64,000 nt of DNA, taken from the human T2T-CHM13v2.0 reference genome, Homo sapiens. The DNA is taken from NCBI RefSeq assembly GCF_009914755.1, contig NC_060930.1, one strand, 5' to 3'. The position numbers were made by a program, and so were the translations under genes. Positions within the stretch are counted from its first letter, which is position 1; every line of letters starts with the position of its first letter. Below the pieces are notes generated by a model. The model was not told the DNA's origin, ran no database searches, and saw nothing but the letters and a program-made list of their open reading frames with translations. Positions 14,350 to 26,569 of this stretch are shown piece after piece.

Positions 14350-14940
14350 TTACTTTTTTTTTTTTTTTTTTTTTGGTACAATGCTGGGTATCAAGTAGAG
14401 ATTCAATAACTACTTTTTGTCTGATATGCTTCAAATACAATCTGTCATTTACCCACTCATTTGTAGAATATCAATTATCAGCAAAACCTAAGATATCAAA
14501 AGGATTTGACAGGGTTTAATCTCTATCATCATCAGGCTGAAATAAAAATTTGGCACGGAAAAGGGACTTGTGCTTTTTATGCTGCATACAATTATAAAAA
14601 AGATATTTAATAATAATGTTTTCAGTTAATCAAAATTAAGTTCCCAAATGAAAAAATTACCCACAAGATAAATCCAATGTGACTTCATAAAGACTGGTCA
14701 ACAGTCTTTATGACACTGGTCAACAGCCCCAAGAAGAAAATAATTTCTTGTAGGTTCTGCTATTGCTGTTAGATTTTACTGGTTATTTTGATTATTGCTG
14801 TCACTAAGTTATTCGCAAAAACTCAGGTAGGTTTGGTATTGTTCCTATAAAACTGGAAGAATAAAGTAAAATCCTAATTAATTTAGCTGACTGGAGAGAA
14901 AGCCAATTTTATTACTGTTAATAAAAGCTGACACTCAACC

Positions 14941-15170
14941 TTTATTGACTGTTATGTGCTAAGCACTGGTCCAACAGATTTGCATATATTGAGTTAGCGA
15001 ATTCTCGTAATAATCCTATGAAGCAGATACTTTTATTATTCCCATTTTCTATGTAGGAAAACTGAGGGCCAGGAAAGTTAGGTAAGTTGCCTGAGGTCAC
15101 ACAGCAGTGATAGAGATGGGATTCAAATCCAACCAGTTCCGCTCCAGGGTCCAAGCTCCTAAACACTACC
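14941..15170 (-). mobile_element. MIR SINE
   Basis: cccattttctatgtaggaaaactgagg...aagttaggtaagttgcctgaggtcacacagc...gggattcaaatcca is the reverse MIR core. Confidence 0.85.
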
Positions 15171-18149
15171 ATTCCTGTCCACAATAATACACTGATCAGA
15201 ACCAGACTGAAGAATGCTAGAAAATTTAATATGGAAAAAAAAATTCCCCAATACATTAAATTAGACACATGACTTATTATTATAAAACTGTGACTAAATT
15301 CCCAATCCACCTTATTCTAATTTAGTTGAAACAATTGTACATTTTGAGTTTTCAAAAATATGTACTCAGCTGAAAAGCAGTATCTATTTATGTTTGTTTG
15401 AATTTGTGCCACAGGATTTTTAAGTTGTTGACAGGAGTGGAAATGTCATGGACTAAACTAAAACATCTCTGAATATGGTCTCTTAAGTAATGTAAATATA
15501 AATAAAGTAAGAAAAAGTTATGTTTATAAAAATAAGCTAATATTTTAAGTTGTTCATCCAAGGCAAAACTTTGGAATACTTCATATAGGTCCAAATACGA
15601 CGTTTGTAAGCCTTCATTTCAAAAAACCTTACGCCTTCCTGCTACCCCTCTGGTCTCCACAAGAGCATCTGACCTAAGACCTATTCCATTCTCGAAAATC
15701 AACCTCTTTCCTCCCTCAGAACCCAAGTACCACTCCCTGAATCTAGGAGGACTCTACTCAGTCTGAAAAATTTTAACATAAAAATGTAAATGCCCTTGGC
15801 CCTTGAAATTTTCCAAAGGCTTTTGTGTTTAGACAGAGGGTACCTTGATAGTCCCAATGAATCTCTAATTGGCAAAATTACTAGGGTGTAACAAAGGCTA
15901 TCAACAGAGATATGGCTATAGTAAAATGGTATCTCAGAGCAAAGAAGTTATTAAAAAATTGTCCTAACCTAAAAAAGACAAAAATGTCTTCTTTCCACTT
16001 CTGACCTAATACATCTAACGTTTCAGGTTAGAGCAAATGTAGGAGTTTGTTACCACAACTGTTCCTCTGGCTACTGAAGCAGGGGAAGAAGCTGTTATTT
16101 GCATGCACGGGTCATTTGAAAGGAAGTTATCTGCAAGCTGGGGTGGACCTGGATCTTTCTCGCAGAACAGAAGCGCGTTCCATATAGGTTAAATGGGGGG
16201 AGGGGTGGATCTTATTGTTTTGACAATTTCACAATTCCTTTAACAAAAAGTATTACTATTAAGCACTGTGCCAGACTGGAGTGCCAAAGGAGAATTTTCT
16301 TTTTATTAACCTTTATTGTGAACAAAAGAAGGGCTTGCATATACAAATGATTCCAACGGATTCATTAATCATTCCCTATGTTTATCATTAGGGATAAAAA
16401 ATAAGCCATTCTTCCAGGAGATTACAGTCTAGTGACAGATAATTTTTTGATGCCTGATAAAGAGTTACAATGACAATGATAAGTCTAAGTGTGGTGTACC
16501 TTGTCATTTTGACCTGGTTTTGCAACAGTGTTGTCATATTTTCCAGAAATCTAAAGAACTTTAAAAAAAATAACTATCTTAGAATCAGCACTTCCCCATT
16601 TATCAACACAAAAATTTCTCCTCTGTTTCAGTCTCGACCCCGCACTCATCTCCTAAAACTCTATTTCTGGTTAATAGAAAAGCTAGATCTGTTCTTTACA
16701 GGTCACTCGATTTGATGGACTTCTGCAAACCTTTCCAGAAAGCATATAACAAAAATGGCCAATAAGCCTCAGTGGAACCTAAAGTAAACTTGTCTCATCT
16801 GTTTTAATTCAGGTTCTGTTGAACTAATTAAAACCCTATCAACTTTCAAAGCCAGAAAAGAAGTGCAACTTAGAGTGTTGCTAGGGATTCTGTTTTTTAC
16901 ATACAGGTCCATGTTCTGGGTAAGGAACCACTTCCAGGATAAAGAGTCCTAAATGGATGGAAGAGTGTGTGTGTGTTCCTGTCCTCCTGCCAGATTTTCT
17001 GAAGAAAATGGAAAGCAGATCAAAAAGGCACGCCAACTTGAAGATTGGTGGAAAACTGCAATTTCACTTAGAGTAGTAGGTGGCAATAGGGCTAGATTAT
17101 GACTAAGAAAAGAAAATGAAAATGAGAAACACATGAAACTTGGAAATATTAAAAAATTAGAGGCTTCATCAGATAAGACAATGGGTGTGCTAAAAATTTC
17201 GTGTAGAAAGTACATGAGTAAAAATAGGTGACACTACAAGACATCTATTGGACCACAAATGACAATCAGAAAACAGCAGAGGCTTCAGGTGCCTCCCAAA
17301 AGTGAACAGCCCCTTGGAGACCCTGGAGATGGTAGAGGTGGCTTGAACCTCACTGAGAGTCAGAAAAGCACTCTAGGCTTTGATAGGTCAGACAGCATGG
17401 GTCTCTAATTTCTACATTATATCTCATGCAGGTCAAATTACTTTTATGTATAATATTCCAAGGTGAATAAATTATATGAACATATATATTTTTAAAAGAA
17501 TCTACTGGTAGGACACACCAAGGTGTCTTCCAGGTTATATTCTCCCAGGAGAATTTTATAAGTATTTCTCCTTTATGTCAAGGCATCTAAAATAATAGAC
17601 GGTTACTTTAAAGATGATTTGAATTAACTCTTCTAAATGCTATCTAAAAATAATTCACAATAATACACTGATTATCATGTATGGCATTCAAATTTAAAGC
17701 CAGACAGAGATTTACTTTGAATGACAGATCAAATGTATACTTCTTAAATTCCATATCTTTCTTTATTTTAATGGTTAGGCCTGAAAATGAATAGAAAAAC
17801 ATACATAAAAGATAGAAAGAATTAAATTATCTTGGACCAGCAGAAAATTCAGAAAATTCGCTAATCAGAAAATTCAGTCTAAATGAACATTACGATTCAT
17901 ATTTAACAAAAATGATTATGGTCGCTTCAAGTAAGAGGTGATCAATACACATAAACATTATCTTTTTGCTTAGGGAAACATACTTGCTTTCAAGTTACAC
18001 ATTATTTTATTTAGGTGATATTTTAATATAATGTTAAGTAAACAAGATTTATATATCATGGACAAACCACTACACTTCTTAGTGTCTTACTTAGGCTGTG
18101 TCTAAGTGATGCCACAGGAAGCACAACTTACTTAAAAATTTAGCCATTT

Positions 18150-18440
<291 letters not shown>

Positions 18441-19141
18441 TTTAGTCATTAATATTAAATTGCATAGAAAAATATTCAGAACATATTATGTATAAAACAA
18501 CCGGTTATAAAGTAGTACGCACACAATGGCTCCGATCATATAAAAATGTATATGTACATTTGTATACAAATCAATATGTAAATGTAACTGGAACAAGCGC
18601 ATATATAGAAATATGGAAATGACTAAAAGAATATTCTCCCCAAAAGTACATGATTAAGTGAAATAAATGTATGTGGCTCTATTTTTGAACTAGACATCAA
18701 ACTCACAATAATAAAATCAATTTGAAATTTCTTACTTCATTTTTTCCATCCAAAAATTATTTTGACAAATTAAGAACTGAGACATTTAAGAATTCAGACC
18801 ATGTCTTCACAAATGCCCTTTCTTCATTTTCTACCAGATTGTAAGGAAGTATTGTTCTTGGGATCTAGCAGCAGTATTTGGGGGAAAAAAACAACCAAAC
18901 AAATAATACTGTCTCAGTTTAATGTGGATGACAGATACAGTTTTGGGTTCAAAAGGTATCCTAATCTAGGCTAGAATACACTTGTTTTTCTAGAAAAAAA
19001 ATGACTAAAACTGAGGTTTTAAACTCTATAAGAAATCAGATAGAAATTTCTCAACAGGATCAATGGTGATTAGGAATTGTATGGTTTACCCAGCTCTTGT
19101 TTGTGTGTTTTAACAAAAACAGCAAGTTAGGTGTTACCCAC

Positions 19142-19225
19142 TTTGGGGCCTTGAAGTCCTGGTTTTCCCGGAGGACAAATACAGGGAGCTGGAGTTGAAC
19201 CTACATCACTGGGACCATTAAGGCA
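19142..19225 (-). CDS. COL21A1: COL21A1 exon 9: Cys-rich linker and first Gly-X-Y triplets (84 nt)
   Basis: Acceptor tttgtctttatag|TGC. Encodes CLNGPSDVGSTPAPCICPPGKPGLQGPK. Donor AAA|GTGGGT. Confidence 0.93.
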
Positions 19226-19532
19226 CTATAAAGACAAAAATGGAAACAGACAACAAGCATGGAAAGACATATAAGTACATGCACACGTATGTTTATGCAT
19301 TTATATATTTGTGTAAAATGGCAAAAATATCTTACATTCACTTTCAAATTTTATCTAACCCAACCCAATAGGAAATTCCAAATCACAAAAATCTATAAAT
19401 ATTAAATACATTGAAGTTACATAAAAATGGGTTCCATTTGTCTAATATACATACTTACAGTTGTTGGAAAAGAGCTAAGTGGTCCCACAATACAAATATT
19501 ACCTTAAGGGGAACAATAGTATCCAAGCCTAC

Positions 19533-19541
19533 CTCTCCATT
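19533..19541 (-). CDS. COL21A1: COL21A1 exon 8: 9-nt microexon (Asn-Gly-Glu)
   Basis: tttgttgtttttctttcag|AATGGAGAG|gtaggc, phase 0-0. Supplies the NGE between ...IPGF and CLNGP... in the protein as I recall it. Confidence 0.88.
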
Positions 19542-20624
19542 CTGAAAGAAAAACAACAAATGTGTTTTAAAATGTTTTAAATAAAATTTATAAATTATCA
19601 GCCTAATTTACAGATATTTCACCATCCAGATTAGAGATATATGAAGTATGAAAACCAACAAAAACCAAAATATTTCCCTGCATTTATCCTAAAAAGTCAC
19701 CTATCTATACATGTTACTACTCCATTCATATAGGAGAATACAGAAAGGATATATTTTTTAAGGTGAGTAGAAGAAGAAAATTAGAACACCAGAGCTGCTT
19801 GATATAATAGCCATGCAAGATTAAAAAATACCTCCAGATGAGATTTATATGCTGTCTTGAAATTTTAGGAAATCATTTAAGAACCAGAAAAAAAATGTTG
19901 AAACACATCTGAGGAAGTCACAAACTGCATGCATTAAAATCTTGCACTTTAGGAGAGCTTCTCCTAAAATAGTCTGTGTTTTATTAAATAACATACAATT
20001 TTAAAAGGAGAATCATCTTTCCAATCAATAAAAATTAGTTCAAAAATGAGAAGGTTGGATTGAAGGTGCAAAAGGCAAACAGGCCACAGAAAGTCACATC
20101 TGAGAGTAAGGAAGGAGACATTAAAACATAAAGTGGAAGGGAGAATTCAAAATCAGCTATCTAAAGCTGTGCTTCATCATATGGAAGGATAATGGTAATC
20201 ATCATATGTCAATGCAGAGACATCAATAAATGAAGTATGCACAATGAATTCTCAAATGCCATAGCTTATTAGCACTTTTAAAAGAGATTTATCTTTCAAG
20301 TTATAAATATCTAAAACTATAGTGCTTAAACAGTTATTTATCTAGAAAACCCAGAATAAATCCTTTCTAGAAAACTCTGTTTGATTACAGATCTTTTAAA
20401 TGTGCTGTTCTGTGTCTTCAAGGTTTTAGAACATGTGGATCCATACGTTATTCCATTTGATGGGAAAAAAGAAGATGATGACAACATAACTACACACATT
20501 TTAAAAACTATGGTTGACTCAAATATCACTGGGAATTTACATTGTCAAAAAGTTGTGCAACATTCTACCATATTTCCACTAGCAGTAATACACCAATATT
20601 TTGCCCAGGGGAAAGGGGATTGAT

Positions 20625-20634
20625 TACACACACA

Positions 20635-20670
<36 letters not shown>
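20625..20670. repeat. (CA)n microsatellite
   Basis: acacacac...tacacac run. Confidence 0.92.
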
Positions 20671-20673
<3 letters not shown>

Positions 20674-21094
20674 CATGCGATGCTATAACATTTTAGCTCA
20701 TAATCTTTTTCCTCCTAACACATTAATGAAAATAGCTAAATAAATAGAAACGCTGCTTATATTCTAGAACTATAATAAATTTTTACTTAAATATCAACAA
20801 CAAGAAAAGTATCTATTCATTATTTCACTGACACTTTGAGAAAAAGTGTCAGTGAAAAGGAAAAATAATTATTTCTTGCTCTTCAGAACTGTGCTGTTTG
20901 GGGTGTTCTGTCCACATGTTTAATGTACATTATTATATTGTTATATTATATTATACATGATTATATTAAGTATAATAATGTATTTCACACACTGACATTC
21001 AAAGCATCCTACATTTTTCTGGAGCAGGTCTCATCTTGCTTTACCTGAGCACTGGAATAGTCATAGTCATAGACGACGGGGAAAAACATTACTG

Positions 21095-21392
21095 ACAGGG
21101 CGTGGTGGCTCACGCTTGTAATCCCAGCACTTTAGAGGGCTTAGGCCGGCGAATCACCTGCGGTCAGGAGTTCGAGACCAGCCTGGCCAACATGGTGAAA
21201 CCCTGTCTCTACTAAAAATACAAACATTAGCTGGGTGTGGTGGCGGGCATCTGTAATCCCAGCTACTCTGGAGGCTGAGGCAGGAGAATTTCTTGAACCC
21301 AGACGCGGAGGTTGCAGTGACCCGAGATTGCGCCACTGCACTCCAGCCTGGGCGACAAGAGTGAGACTCCAAATCAAAACAAAACAAAACAC
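21095..21392 (+). mobile_element. Alu (S)
   Basis: Full Alu with an (AAAAC)n tail; TSD-like gaaaa(a)catt. Confidence 0.92.
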
Positions 21393-21629
21393 AACAAGAA
21401 AACATTCCCTTGTGGTCTTTCATTCATACTTGCACAATGACACATAACAATCTCATTTCAATTATAACCTCAAAATATGTTTTGCTTCATGTAACTTCAC
21501 TTCCACTAACATTAAAAAATAAAATTAAGTCTACATATTAAATTAATACTCAGATAGTATCTGCTTTTTATTTATTGCTTTGAAAGTACTAAAGCAACAT
21601 CTGGGAAAAAAACAATCCCTCCTACTTAC

Positions 21630-21707
21630 AAATCCAGGAATCTCACATGCTGTCTCCCGGTTGTTCTGTTCTGGGTCACAGTAGATTCGCAACTTTTGGA
21701 CATCAAA
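21630..21707 (-). CDS. COL21A1: COL21A1 exon 7: end of the TSPN domain (78 nt)
   Basis: Acceptor gttcttag|TTT. Encodes FDVQKLRIYCDPEQNNRETACEIPGF. Donor TTT|GTAAGT. Confidence 0.93.
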
Positions 21708-22847
21708 CTAAGAACATAAACCCAGTAGAATTAAAGTTGAGGCACAAGCTAATTGTTTTATAAGAGCAACTCAGATACATAGAAACATCCACTATGGTTA
21801 GTAATTGTGTAAGGTTTACATCACAGCATTTAGCTAAAACAATGAAAATACAAAATTTTAATACTTTACACTGTAAAGATGTGATGCAACATAACTACTA
21901 AAGAAAAATTCCCTAGCACCAAGAGCAAATCGATTTTCTTCCAGAACTCAGTGAGGCTTTTTTAGTACTCCTGTATTAAAAGCTAATCTAAAGAGCATTT
22001 TGTCGGACACTTAAAAGTTTTCCCAGGTTTTCTGTGTTTATCTTAAATCTCCACAACATTCCTGATGGTATAGGGTGGACTCAAGAAGCCATCTTTGGTC
22101 TTCGCTATTTAGTTGCTGGCATGGAGTGTTGTGTGATTAGTAGGCCCAGCACCTGTTAATGTTTAAATATTTACTACAATTTGACATGTAGCATTAATTC
22201 ATAGAGACCACATGTGTAAACACGTATATGAAAATGACAGACTCTTCCTTTAATAGAAACAGTGCAGGAGGGACATACCTTTTCAAATAAAGGGTTTTTC
22301 TAGAAATGGCATTTACAGACACATTTCTCCATCCAAATACAGATACTCCAGTTTAAGGAGGTATCAAAAAGTCAAAACAAAACTTCTGTAGGTATAATTT
22401 GAACATACCACAATTGCTTTATTTTTAAGAAACAGTTTTGTTTGTGAAGAACCCTGACATGAATTAATCTAATTTTATCCTTGCAGCTGCAAAGACATTT
22501 TTATAGCCCCACTTACAGATGAAACTATATTTTCTTTTCCAAATTTATTACTTAAACTATGTTTCTCTTGGGAAACATGAAATTAATGTCTCCTAGAAAT
22601 GTAGAATTCTATCCTGAACCCAGGGGAACATTTTTCTAAATATTCTTATGAAATAGATTAAGTCCAATTCTGCATTTTAATACATATACATATGCATAAT
22701 TTCACTAATGAACTGACCACATTTTGGTGAACAACTTAAGGGAATTCATAAGTATGTTAAATATGATTAAATGTGGTGAAAACTATTACAAAGGACAGCA
22801 AAAGTTTCATTCTATATAATTCAAAGAGTAAATCATTATTTATCTAC

Positions 22848-23021
22848 CTGAACAGTTTCTTCTTTTCCAGAATATTTTCCAATTTGGGTTTGCCCATTGA
22901 TCAAGATCCCTAAAACTGGATGTAAGGGCTTGTTTTCAATTTGTTGGTCATCAATATACAAAGTCACATCTTGTTCTGTTACTAAGAGACGAATTTGGTG
23001 CCAGCCTTCATCAAACAACGT
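22848..23021 (-). CDS. COL21A1: COL21A1 exon 6: TSPN domain (174 nt)
   Basis: Acceptor tttttgtag|ACG. Encodes TLFDEGWHQIRLLV...GKEETVQ, containing the LFDxxWH LamG/TSPN motif. Donor CAG|GTAGAT. Confidence 0.95.
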
Positions 23022-24949
23022 CTACAAAAAGAAAGTGTGGAAGATTCATAAATAAAGCCCCTAACAATATTTTATTTTCTTTGTTCTTACTCCCTTGTTC
23101 CTAACCATTGCTGAGAAACTTCATCCCACACAGACTGACTGTATTATACATTAATTCACCCTGATCCAAGGTGGACCTCATATGCTATCCACCAATTCTT
23201 TCATTAATCTTTATCTGAGTTCCTATTACATATTTCAAAGAAACTGTCAAACAACTTACTAAAGCAACTACCTCAAAATCATAAATGAGTTTAATAATCT
23301 CTGAATCCAAATGGCTTCCCTCCTTGCCTCATCTCATTTATTTCATTGCAACTTTGGGCCCCATAACTAATCAATCTTCCTTGATAATCTCACTCAACTT
23401 CTGGAATTCAAACAATCTTGATCATTTTCATTTCTTCCTCCCTAGTTGCTCATTCTCTCTCTCTGTCTCTGAGTGTTCTTCTCCCTCAACCTACCCTTTA
23501 ATGAGGGCATTACTCATAGGTCTATTCTGGACATTTTTCACCCCCTCTTTGACTCATCCATTCCTCCAGGCCAATTATCACTGGTATATAATAACTACCA
23601 TGTCTACACTAACAGCCTGTACCTCTCCTATGTGTGGGTCCTATAATTCTAATACTAGGTAGAATAATTTTTCAGGATGTTTCACAATTAGCCCAACAAC
23701 TTATGCAACAAAATAAACTTGAACTACCCCCCAGAGTTTTCTTCTTGACCCCATTTCCCTACGTAATAGCATCCTCTAAACATAAGTTTCTTTCTTTGAG
23801 TTGCAGTAACTAACCAGATGCAGAGTTCTACCCAATATATTTCTTCAACTTGACTCAAATTCATTTCTTCATTTGCATTGTCACTACCATAATTTAGGCT
23901 CATGGAACTCTTGTTTTACTTCAATAATTTTCAAATCTATCTAGATCTCTCACCCTTTCATTTCCAAGCCATCCTTCAGATCACCACTAGGATTAATCTC
24001 TCTCCCTACAGTTCTGTTAGGGGAGATGTTCCATCTTATTAATTTCTGTATCCCCAGGACCTGGCCTAATTTAAGGATAAAGTTGAAAGTATTATTTATG
24101 GACAGAAGAAGAAAAAGAAGTAGAGAAGATTGCCTTGACCATGACACACTATGGTCAAGACCTTTTGATGAAACATTCACTGAATAAAGTCCAAACCACA
24201 TTATATGGCTTTCCAGGCCCCTCATAAATTGGGCTTACACCTAGATAGCTTTTTCTTCCATGCATCTTATACTGTAAACACAGGAGAGTCACTTTGCATT
24301 CTCTAAATAAAAACCCTGCATTTTATTACACACCTGATGACTCAATACTGAATCATTTATTTAATGCGCCCTTATATTCATCTCCATCAAAATGCTATAC
24401 ATCCTTCAAGGTCCAGTTCAAAAATTATTTCATTTATGCAGATTTCCTCTTATTTTATGTTAGAACACATTTTCCCATCCACACTCCACTAACACTTTGT
24501 ACTTCTATTTCATACCAGTTGCCTTGAATATCCTATTGTAAATACGCTCTTTGAAGGTAAGAAACATGCCTTATTCATTTGTCATTTCTTACAGAATCTG
24601 GCACACTGGCTTTAATGAAGACAGCAAATAACAATTTTTTAAATGTAATATAATTACTAAATGAAGAAATTGCATACTTTATATATATTACCATATATAT
24701 TTCCTAAACTGTGTAATATGGCTTTAGACTATCATAATAATGAGCAAAACTTAATTACTTTTATTATTGCATCTGGATTCTGAAAACATGATTTTGAAAA
24801 TAAACTTTTTCAAGTTTGTATATTCTATTAAATATGTATTCCATTAGGGTAAATAAAATGTCCTCCTAAATTAAGGTAAATTTCATACCTATTATGTATC
24901 TGGTATTTAATATTCTAACAGATATGTCTTCATGTAAATATCCTGTAGA

Positions 24950-25160
24950 ACATGGCAGTGTAAAACAGACCAATATGGACTTTGACGTCAACTAGACCAA
25001 AATTTAATTCCTGATGTCATCACTTATTAGCTGTTCTACTTTGAGGGAGAACTTAACATCCTTGAATATTAGTTTGTCTGCAAAATGGGAGCAATGGTTT
25101 CTTTATTGGATGGCTATTATAATTAAATGTGCCTGGTACCTAGTAGTAGGCACTCAAAAT
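24950..25160 (+). mobile_element. MIR SINE
   Basis: cacttattagctgttctactttgagg...tctgcaaaatggg...gtgcctggtacctagtagtaggcactcaaaat. Confidence 0.7.
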
Positions 25161-25372
25161 ATGTCAGTTCCCCCTCAGCATTTGTCCCCATATTGATCAA
25201 GAAACAATTTTCCTTTCTTTGTTAGTTTTCTTCAACACAGAAACATTAAAATTTAAAGTAAAAATATTTCCAATCATGTTAAAATTATAGCCCTCTTTTC
25301 CCCAACACACATAAACCCAATAGTGCTTCCCCATGAATATCATAATCATGGTATTATCCCAGGCATCTTTAC

Positions 25373-25589
25373 CTTAACTTGAGGGTTAGCAAAGGTAACC
25401 ACTTGTGAGCCATTAATTACGCTGGTTGTTGTAAATAATAAGATTTTGTCCACACCATTTAAGGTAACTGCTATTTGTGGCCTTCCATCAATAGTTAATA
25501 TTCTCCATAAATCCCAAATTTTCTTGACTTTAAATCTTTGAGTAGACACAAATACATATGATGGAGGAAGACCTTCTGGGAAAACATTG
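25373..25589 (-). CDS. COL21A1: COL21A1 exon 5: TSPN domain (217 nt)
   Basis: Acceptor tttttctag|C. Encodes NVFPEGLPPSYVFVSTQRF...TFANPQVK. Donor AAG|GTAAAG. Confidence 0.95.
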
Positions 25590-25683
25590 CTAGAAAAAGA
25601 AGAGCAAGTGTAAGCTTAAAGAATTCTTGACATGTCCACAGACATATCCCCCCAAAAAAGTTGTGTCAACATATAATGCATAC

Positions 25684-25852
25684 CTTGTGAGTTCTGATAA
25701 ATCAACTTTTGATGTTACTTCATATCCTTTTATCTTTTTTGGTGAAAGCTGTATTCTTTTCTTAACCTTTTTATTTACATCTAAACCTAAAAGAATATCA
25801 AATCCCCTTTCATCACGAGCTGCCACTGGAATTCGTGTTGGACAGACAGATT
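25684..25852 (-). CDS. COL21A1: COL21A1 exon 4: start of the TSPN/LamG-like domain (169 nt)
   Basis: Acceptor ctttatag|AA. Encodes (E)SVCPTRIPVAARDERGFDILLGL...DLSELT(S). Donor AG|GTATGC. Confidence 0.95.
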
Positions 25853-26569
25853 CTATAAAGCAAAAGCAATAAAAGTTGGTTAATCATGGACTATTCAAAC
25901 AATAAAAGAAAAATCAAGGGAGAAATACTAGACAATATAGTATTCTATCATTAGAATTATAAAATCTACATATGTATACAAATGTATAGTATATAAATGT
26001 ATATGAATACATTTTCTGAGAAAATGTAGAAGTATTTTACACATTTAAGAGTGAGATCTTAATATGCTTTTTTCTCTAAAAAATAAGGGATAAAAGTAAA
26101 ACAAAAATATAAATATTTGTTAATGTATTGTCTTTAGCAAAAAATTGAGACAATAGCAATATGAGACAATATAACACCTATGGAAAAGAAAAACAATGGA
26201 ACAGGATTTATGATTCTCATCCAGGATTTCCTATTAACTAGTCATACAACTTTGGATAATGCTTTTAATTTATTTAATTCAAAAATGAACACTAAAATTC
26301 TTTTCTTGCATTCTTAGCATTTAAGGGGTAAAAAGTATTTTCTGTTCTTGATTTTCTTTCCAGTTCAAGCAGCTTATATTTCTATAGCTCAAATATCATT
26401 AGTCTGTCTCTCTGGAAAAAACTTAACCTGGGTCCCATCTATTCATGAAAGTTCTTCAGACGGACATATTATCTCATCTATAATTATATATTAATCATAC
26501 TTATAAAGAATATTTTCTTAAGAATAATCATTAGCATTACATAGTCAGCTATATAGGTAATAAGTATGA

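Noticed and set aside
14942-15310. 122-aa minus-strand ORF with a hydrophobic stretch, sense to COL21A1
   Set aside because: It starts at a non-ATG codon, most of it is a MIR element, and the hydrophobicity reflects T-rich sequence. I see no splice support.
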